DNA from: Minisyncoccota bacterium
GTDB taxonomy: Bacteria; Patescibacteriota; Minisyncoccia; Phycocordibacterales; UBA5272
DNA: 64,000 nt
Direction of reading: 5' to 3'
NCBI GenBank assembly: GCA_041651055.1
Contig: JBAZJW010000001.1
Location: 627,521 to 691,520 of the forward strand
Positions 57,860 to 64,000 of the stretch are shown here, in pieces; position 1 is the first letter of the stretch, and every line of letters begins with the position of its first letter. A program made the translations under genes and the position numbers. The notes beneath the pieces were generated by a model that did not search any database, was not told the origin of the DNA, and worked only from the letters and a program-made list of their open reading frames with translations.

Positions 57860-58993
57860 ATGTCTCGAAACATTCTTTCTTCATTACGCATCTATGATGT
57901 AACCCTTTTTGTTGCGATGCTTTCCGTGCTCATCGCAGGACTTTTTACCATGAGTTCATTTGAGGGGCATGATAGTTATTTTTGGAAACAAGGACTTTGG
58001 ATTATTGTGACATTGTCGGCATTTCTTTTTGTTTCACAGTTTGAATACCGTTTCCTCAAGCAGACACGCACCGTTCTCACACTTTATTTTTTTGTACTGG
58101 CTATCCTCACCCTTCTTTTTGTTTTAGGTCACGTTTCAAAAGGAGCGCAGAGTTGGTTTCAATTTGCCGGTGTCGCCTTTCAGCCAGCGGACTTAATGAA
58201 GCTCTCGCTTATTATTGTTTTGGCAAAATATTTTTCACGACGCCACATCGAAATTGCGAACATTCGCCATATTATTATTTCTGGCGTGTATGCTTTTATT
58301 CCATTTGTACTTGTTGTTCTTCAGCCCGACTTTGGTTCTGCGATGGTGCTTTTTGCGATCTGGCTTGGCATGGTTCTCGTATCTGGGATATCAAAAAAGC
58401 ACCTCTTTGCTGTTTTTGCTATCGGGGTTATTTCGTTTAGTTTGGCGTGGAAATTAGTGTTTAAGCCATATCAAAAAGCTCGCATTATGAACTTCGTCTA
58501 CCCGCTGCAGGATATACGTGGCACGGGCTATAATGCCTACCAATCAACGATTGCCGTCGGTTCTGGAGGATTGCTCGGAAAGGGTATTGGGTACGGCACA
58601 CAGTCAAGACTTAACTTTCTCCCTGAATACAAGACTGACTTTATTTTTGCGGCCTATGCAGAAGAGTGGGGTTTTATTGGGACGATATTGCTCCTCATTT
58701 TTTATTCTATTATTCTCTACAAATTAGCGCTCTACGCGCTTGTTGCAGACTCAACATTTGAAGCGCTCTTTACCTATGGTGTGCTCATCTGGTTGCTTAC
58801 GCACATCGCTATTAATATTGGTATGAACTTAGGGGTGATGCCTGTGACGGGTATTCCACTTCCACTCATGAGTTATGGCGGGTCGCACTTACTCGCGGAA
58901 TGTTTGGCCTTAGGGATTTGTGTGGGAATGCATCGGTATGCGAGGTCGGGTCATAAGTATCAAATGGCCAACGAATTCGTGGGTCTCGAGTAA
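57860..58993 (+). CDS. SEDS-family peptidoglycan polymerase (RodA/FtsW)
   Basis: 10 TM helices; PADLMKLSLIIVLAKYF; GVMPVTGIPLPLMSYGGSHLL. Confidence 0.88.
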   Translation: MSRNILSSLRIYDVTLFVAMLSVLIAGLFTMSSFEGHDSYFWKQGLWIIVTLSAFLFVSQFEYRFLKQTRTVLTLYFFVLAILTLLFVLGHVSKGAQSWFQFAGVAFQPADLMKLSLIIVLAKYFSRRHIEIANIRHIIISGVYAFIPFVLVVLQPDFGSAMVLFAIWLGMVLVSGISKKHLFAVFAIGVISFSLAWKLVFKPYQKARIMNFVYPLQDIRGTGYNAYQSTIAVGSGGLLGKGIGYGTQSRLNFLPEYKTDFIFAAYAEEWGFIGTILLLIFYSIILYKLALYALVADSTFEALFTYGVLIWLLTHIAINIGMNLGVMPVTGIPLPLMSYGGSHLLAECLALGICVGMHRYARSGHKYQMANEFVGLE

Positions 58994-59002
58994 AATCGAG
59001 CG

Positions 59003-59123
59003 ACTACTTCGTTGTGAAGAATTTTTGTGTTTCTGCGCTTGCTAGCTATGGAACTCTTCGAAGCCGAGCTTCTCGACATGCGCCGTACTATGTGTACGAC
59101 TTAGTCGAAAAAAACTTCACGCC
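59003..59123 (+). repeat. copy C of the ~90-nt hairpin repeat family (longer variant)
   Basis: CTACTTCGTTGTGAAGAATTTTTgtgtttc...GCGCCGTACTATGTGTACGACttagtcgAAAAAAACTTCACGCC. Confidence 0.65.
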
Positions 59124-59173
59124 TTGTATTCATCTCAATTTTACTCGAGGCCAAATACCTGTATACTTCAAAT

Positions 59174-59842
59174 ATGAAAATACTTCTCACATCTTCTGGT
59201 TTGACTAACGATAGTATCGCTAGGGCCTTATCTGATTTGGCAGGAAAATCTTTATCAGAATTAAATCTGCTGTTTATACCAACTGCGGCAAATACTGAAG
59301 GTGGAGATAAAGGTTGGTTGATAAACAATTTAACTGATTTTCAGAAGTTTCAATTTAAATCCATAGACATATTAGACATTGCTGCGGTTTCCTCTGATAT
59401 CTGGAAGAAGAGATTTGAAGAGAAAGACATTATTTGTTTTGGGGGAGGAAATGAAAAGTATCTGGCAGAAATATTTAGTCACGTCGGCATGAAGGAATAT
59501 CTGTTGTCCTCTTTTGGAGAAAGAGTGTACATGGGAATTAGTGCTGGTAGTATGTCTGCTGGTAATTTTATATCAAACGAACTATACAGAGAAGTATTTC
59601 CGGAAGAGGATTTTGGAGAAATTACAGAAAAAGGAATGGGGTTGTATGATTTTTGTTTTATACCTCATCTTAACAATTCTTTTTTCGCGCACATAAGAAA
59701 AGAAAACCTAGAAAAAGTGAAGGGTCTCTTTGTTAAATCTGTTTACTCTACAGATGATGAAACTGCAATAAAAATTAATGGAGATACAATAGAAATTGTT
59801 GGCACTGGAGAAAGCTGGGTTTACAATGCCTCTAGCCTCTAG
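59174..59842 (+). CDS. peptidase S51 family (dipeptidase E / cyanophycinase-like)
   Basis: IICFGGGNEKYL and YMGISAGSMSAG motifs. Confidence 0.65.
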   Translation: MKILLTSSGLTNDSIARALSDLAGKSLSELNLLFIPTAANTEGGDKGWLINNLTDFQKFQFKSIDILDIAAVSSDIWKKRFEEKDIICFGGGNEKYLAEIFSHVGMKEYLLSSFGERVYMGISAGSMSAGNFISNELYREVFPEEDFGEITEKGMGLYDFCFIPHLNNSFFAHIRKENLEKVKGLFVKSVYSTDDETAIKINGDTIEIVGTGESWVYNASSL

Positions 59843-59852
59843 CCTCGCCATC

Positions 59853-61034
59853 CTATTCCCCATACACTTCGTAAATTCTTGACCGCATCTTCTTGATATC
59901 GGTAAATGGTTCGAGGTCTGTGGCCGCCTGCGCACCGAACTTTTCTCGCAGTTCTTTGTTCTCGACGCAGGTGATGAGTGCAAGTGCAAGCGCGTGTGCA
60001 TTTTCTTTTGGAACGAGAAGTCCTGTCACACCACTCCGGACTATTTCTGGCAGGCCTCCGACGTCTGTCGCCACACGAGCAACCGACGCGAGACCAGCTT
60101 CAAGAGGGGCGTATCCAAGTGCTTCAGTGTATGAGGTTGTTACCACCACATCAAACGCTTTCATAAAAATAGCAGCATCGTTTAGATTGTGAATCCATCC
60201 AATCGCGGCATCGATTTCAAGCTCTCGTGCAAGTGTATGAAGATCCGGAAGTAAATTCCCATTTCCTATGACAATAAGTCTCGTCTGTGGATACTGCTCA
60301 TGTACTTCTTTAAAGGCGCGAAAGAGTGTTGCATGGTCTTTATTCTCTGTAAGCTCTCCGATGATTCCAAAAAGAATGAGATCTTCATTCTTAGGAAATG
60401 CCGTTTTTCGAAGAAGTACTTCTCGTGCTTTTTCTCTCGCTTTATATTTTGGCTCCTGTAAGGCGAGGTATATATGTGTAATTTTTTTACCCATCAAACC
60501 AAAAGGTCTTGTGCGTACCACTGCTTGTGATACAGCGATTGCTTCGTGAACACAAAGAAGGGTGACAACATTAAGTGCTTTAAAAATAAAACGTATAACA
60601 GAGGTTCTTTTTTCATTGTGTGGCCAGCCGTGAATTGTAAATATTATTCTTTTAATACCAGCGATGCGACATGCTATGCCGCCCAAGACCCCCATCTTCG
60701 AACTGTGAAGATGTACGATATCAGGCTTCACACGGCGAAGAAGATGGACGATATCAAAGAGTGTACGCATATCGTGAAGTGGTAGCAGTGCTGACCGTCT
60801 GGCATACGAGAGCGGATATACCGTTACACCTTGGGCTCGCAGCTCATCTACAAGCGTTCCGTTTGATTCTGTGGCTACTGCTTGAATGTATTCCTTGGTG
60901 TCGGTAGCAATATCATACACGTAGCGCTGAGCACCTCCCCATGACGCGCGAGTGATGATGTGAAGCACAAAAGGCTTCTTGTGAAGCTTCTTGACTTCCT
61001 TATTTTCTATTGTAGAATTGGTAGTAGCATCCAT
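59853..61034 (-). CDS. glycosyltransferase family 4 (GT-B fold)
   Basis: C-terminal E..G...EA.A.G.PV motif (SYTEALGYAPLEAGLASVARVATDVGGLPEIV); start placed at the internal Met MDATTNST. Confidence 0.75.
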   Translation of the reverse strand: MDATTNSTIENKEVKKLHKKPFVLHIITRASWGGAQRYVYDIATDTKEYIQAVATESNGTLVDELRAQGVTVYPLSYARRSALLPLHDMRTLFDIVHLLRRVKPDIVHLHSSKMGVLGGIACRIAGIKRIIFTIHGWPHNEKRTSVIRFIFKALNVVTLLCVHEAIAVSQAVVRTRPFGLMGKKITHIYLALQEPKYKAREKAREVLLRKTAFPKNEDLILFGIIGELTENKDHATLFRAFKEVHEQYPQTRLIVIGNGNLLPDLHTLARELEIDAAIGWIHNLNDAAIFMKAFDVVVTTSYTEALGYAPLEAGLASVARVATDVGGLPEIVRSGVTGLLVPKENAHALALALITCVENKELREKFGAQAATDLEPFTDIKKMRSRIYEVYGE

Positions 61035-61061
61035 ATACGTATCTAGTATACTGGTCACTAT

Positions 61062-62393
61062 ATGAAACTCCAAAAGAATCTCCATACAAGCCTGATTATC
61101 CTTGTCGACGCTCTCATTCTCATTCTTTCTCTCTACGTATCACTCGTCATACGTTATTTTTTTGATGCTTCACGGTTCGGTATCGGCGACCTCTTTGTGG
61201 GTCATCTTGTATACTTTGTTCCACTTTTTATTCTCACGATTTCAATTCTGTACATCTCTCTTGCCTACAGCGATACGACACTTGCGTACTTAAAGCGAAG
61301 CCTTCCGAAATTGGCAGAAGCGCTTACTGTTTCAGGGGTTTTGGGTGTAACGTACTTTTACATCTTCGCGACGTACCTTCCTATTAGCCCGAAGATTACC
61401 TATATTATTTTCTTCAGCGTGAGTTTTTGTCTCCTTGCGCTTTCGCGTATTGCATATGCGAAGTTGCCGCTTCTTGGCGCACATATCAACGCTCTTCTTC
61501 TCATGAAAGAAGGAAGTGTCTATGAAAAAGTGCATCACGAGATGCGTGCTCATGCGCCACGAGCAACGTTCACTAGACCTGATAGTCTTACTGTCGAAGC
61601 TGTAATGAATAAGCTTGAGGAAAGCGGGGTTTCAGTTATTGTGTACGACAATACTGACGGAGACATTGTTCGACTTATTTCTATGTTGCCGACACACGTT
61701 ATCCGAAAGACATCAGTGCTCGCGAAAGATTCTTTGTATGAGGATTTATTCGGCAAGATTTTTCTTCCGACATTTACAGAAGAATCATTGCTCAGGGATT
61801 ACTTGAATCAAAAGCCATTGTATGAATTTATGAAGAGAGTGTTTGATTTGGTTGTTGCTATTCCGTTTTTTATATTTACGATTCCATTTATTCTTGCTGG
61901 CGCTATTCTGGTGTACCTAGAATCTGGTCGCCCTATATTTATCTTTCAAGAGCGTCTCGGCCTTGGTCGTCGTGTTATGCGTATCCCAAAACTACGCACG
62001 ATGTCACATGATGTAAATGGTGCATGGGTTGGTGAAGGGGAAAACAAAGTGACAAAAATTGGTGCTGTTTTGCGAAAGACTCGTATCGATGAATTCCCAC
62101 AACTATGGTCTGTTATTAAAGGTGACCTGTCACTTATCGGTCCACGACCAGATATGACAGGACTTGAAGAACGTCTTCGTAATGAAATAGATTTTTATCA
62201 TGCACGCTATACCGTGCCACCAGGAGTTTCGGGATGGGCTCAGGTTACACAAGAAGGTGTTCCTCAAAGTGTTGAAGAGACGCGTGAGCGATTCGCTTAT
62301 GATATGTATTACATTAAGAACAGGTCTATCTTTCTTGATTTCACGACAGCATTAAAGACTGTGAGAATTTTACTTTCTCGAGTAGGACATTAA
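61062..62393 (+). CDS. undecaprenyl-phosphate sugar phosphotransferase (bacterial sugar transferase, WbaP/PglC-like)
   Basis: C-terminal RPIFIFQERLGLGRRVMRIPKLRTM...DEFPQLWSVIKGDLSLIGPRP; N-terminal TM helices. Confidence 0.85.
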   Translation: MKLQKNLHTSLIILVDALILILSLYVSLVIRYFFDASRFGIGDLFVGHLVYFVPLFILTISILYISLAYSDTTLAYLKRSLPKLAEALTVSGVLGVTYFYIFATYLPISPKITYIIFFSVSFCLLALSRIAYAKLPLLGAHINALLLMKEGSVYEKVHHEMRAHAPRATFTRPDSLTVEAVMNKLEESGVSVIVYDNTDGDIVRLISMLPTHVIRKTSVLAKDSLYEDLFGKIFLPTFTEESLLRDYLNQKPLYEFMKRVFDLVVAIPFFIFTIPFILAGAILVYLESGRPIFIFQERLGLGRRVMRIPKLRTMSHDVNGAWVGEGENKVTKIGAVLRKTRIDEFPQLWSVIKGDLSLIGPRPDMTGLEERLRNEIDFYHARYTVPPGVSGWAQVTQEGVPQSVEETRERFAYDMYYIKNRSIFLDFTTALKTVRILLSRVGH

Positions 62394-62459
62394 GGACAGT
62401 CAATAGTCAATAGGAATACGGATACGGAAAGTAATTATTATTTGGTATACTATAATACT

Positions 62460-63515
62460 ATGAAAATCTTTATCACAGGAGGGGCGGGGTATGTGGGGGC
62501 AATGCTTGTGGATCAGTTCGCGCGTCGTAGTGACGTTTCAGGTATTATCACGCTTGATAAAGAGCCAGAGACAGATATCACAAAGAATCACCCACAGCAA
62601 GGTAAAATAACGTATCTCGAAATGAACACGTCAGATGACGCATGGGCGGAAAAAGTAAAAGCCTTCGCTCCGGACGTGGTTATTCACACTGCGTGGCAGA
62701 TTCGTCACATGTACAACGATGAGAAGACAGAATGGAAATGGAACATCGATGGCTCTGATGCAATTTTTGATTTCGCGTTCAGCACGCCTTCTGTAAAGAA
62801 GCTTATTCATTTCTCGACTGTTTCATCATATGGTGCCTTTCCAGATAATTCTATCGAGCATTTTTACAAAGAATCGGAAGCGTTCAGAAAGTCAGGATAC
62901 TTATACGCAGAAGAGAAGCGTATTTGTGAAGAGCATCTTGAAGAGAGATACAAGCAAGCAAAGGAATCCGGTTGGAATGGACAAGTGTTCGTTGTCCGTC
63001 CGGCAGCTATCACTGGTCCACGAGGGCGTTATGATCGTATTCGCTTCGGATTACAATCAGCGTTATCGGGGAATTTGAAACGCGGTTTTGTGAACAATAT
63101 CGTGATGCTACTCACGTCCTATGTACCGGTGACAAAAGGTTGGCTTCGTCAATATATTCATGAAGATGATGTTACGGACATTGTTGCACTTTTTACTTTC
63201 AATGATTTGGAAGGAAGTTACGAGGTATTTAATATTTCTCCACCAGGAGCATGTGTGTTCGGTAAAGATATGGCAGAAGCTGTTGGTAAGAAGACGCTTC
63301 CAATACAGCCATGGATGGCGCGGATGGCATTCTTTTTTTTCTGGCATGCGACACGAGGCAAGATCCCTACATCACCTGGAAGCTGGAGAGGGTATTCATA
63401 TCCGATTGCAGTGGATGGCTCAAAGCTTACCAAGCAGTATGGGTATCAGTATAAACATCAGTCAAAGGAAGCTTTTGCAAAGAATGAGGGGAGGTATAAG
63501 GTTACACTGTCGTAG
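62460..63515 (+). CDS. NAD-dependent epimerase/dehydratase (SDR family)
   Basis: MKIFITGGAGYVGAML Rossmann GxxGxxG at the N-terminus. Confidence 0.75.
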   Translation: MKIFITGGAGYVGAMLVDQFARRSDVSGIITLDKEPETDITKNHPQQGKITYLEMNTSDDAWAEKVKAFAPDVVIHTAWQIRHMYNDEKTEWKWNIDGSDAIFDFAFSTPSVKKLIHFSTVSSYGAFPDNSIEHFYKESEAFRKSGYLYAEEKRICEEHLEERYKQAKESGWNGQVFVVRPAAITGPRGRYDRIRFGLQSALSGNLKRGFVNNIVMLLTSYVPVTKGWLRQYIHEDDVTDIVALFTFNDLEGSYEVFNISPPGACVFGKDMAEAVGKKTLPIQPWMARMAFFFFWHATRGKIPTSPGSWRGYSYPIAVDGSKLTKQYGYQYKHQSKEAFAKNEGRYKVTLS

Positions 63516-63630
63516 TCAAAAGTCCATAAAGTTCAAAGTCTATAAAGTGAATGCGGCTGCATTCACTTTTGACTTTATGGACTTTAAAGACTTTTAACTA
63601 TAACAGGGCTTGATTAAAGGTCTATTCTAA

Positions 63631-63638
63631 GGTATAAT
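63631..63638 (+). promoter_or_regulatory. putative -10 (GGTATAAT) ~10 nt before the rplY ATG (leaderless-type)
   Basis: aaggtataatcactcaactATG. Confidence 0.35.
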
Positions 63639-63647
63639 CACTCAACT

Positions 63648-64000
63648 ATGATGCAGATAACTACAGCGCCACGCGCACCAAAAGAGACTAAAAAAGACGG
63701 TTTTATCCCAGCTGTCTATTACGGCGCACACCAGGCTGCGACATCAATTTTCATTGATGCGATTGAATTTAAGAAAATTCTTGCTTCTGCAGGAGAATCA
63801 AGTTCTATTACCCTTGTTACAGAACACGGTAATGAAACTGCCATGATTCAGGATGTACAGGTTCATCCAGTAAAGAGTCACATTATTCACGTAGACTTTT
63901 ATGTTCTTGAAAAAGGTCAGAAGGTTCACGTTAAGACTCCTATTGTATTCGTTGGTGAATCTCAGGCTGTGAAAGAAGGGGCTATGCTTGTAAAAGTAAT
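63648..64000 (+). CDS. rplY: 50S ribosomal protein L25 / general stress protein Ctc (3' end outside window)
   Basis: MMQITTAPRAPKETKKDGFIPAVYYGAHQAATSIFIDAIEFKKIL...HVDFYVLEKGQKVHVKTPIVFVGES. Confidence 0.8.
   Translation, partial: MMQITTAPRAPKETKKDGFIPAVYYGAHQAATSIFIDAIEFKKILASAGESSSITLVTEHGNETAMIQDVQVHPVKSHIIHVDFYVLEKGQKVHVKTPIVFVGESQAVKEGAMLVKV

Overview
This window looks like a low-GC (about 40%) Candidate Phyla Radiation / Patescibacteria-like bacterial genome segment. It carries the str/S10/spc ribosomal-protein superoperon (fusA … tuf-rpsJ-rplCDWB-rpsS-rplV-rpsC-rplP-rpsQ-rplNX … rplE … rpsN(Z-type)-rpsH-rplFR-rpsE-rplO-secY … adk-map). L29 and L30 are absent and several r-proteins have Lys/Ala-rich tails. 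The operon is interrupted several times by accessory genes. (i) A 12.5-kb array of paralogous giant secreted proteins lies between fusA and tuf; each has a signal peptide and Cys-bracketed peptidoglycan-binding-like domains at the N- and C-termini, and the array also encodes a truncated sigma factor (regions 3-4 only). (ii) A higher-GC two-gene insertion between rplX and rplE is flanked by a duplicated terminator. (iii) Another PG-binding secreted protein sits between rplE and rpsN. Downstream lie a TraD/HerA-like P-loop ATPase with a YdbS/YdbT-like pair, efp, recA, ftsK, another 1075-aa surface protein, an isolated rplJL, an L,D-transpeptidase, and a GC-rich lipoprotein gene. A 23S-(tRNA-like)-5S rRNA locus follows, with no 16S gene upstream in the window. 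Its 23S gene is about 4.25 kb because it carries a 453-nt helix-63 insertion, a 201-nt insertion at the L1917 site, a 482-nt insertion near L2593 and two short AT-palindrome insertions. The window ends with pepA, rodA/ftsW, a peptidase S51, a small polysaccharide-synthesis cluster and the start of rplY. Two non-coding repeat families with compensatory stem changes recur: a ~90-nt hairpin element in five copies (one inside the 23S helix-63 insertion) and a ~130-170-nt multi-stem element in two copies. All calls are made by eye from the sequence; no database searches were run.
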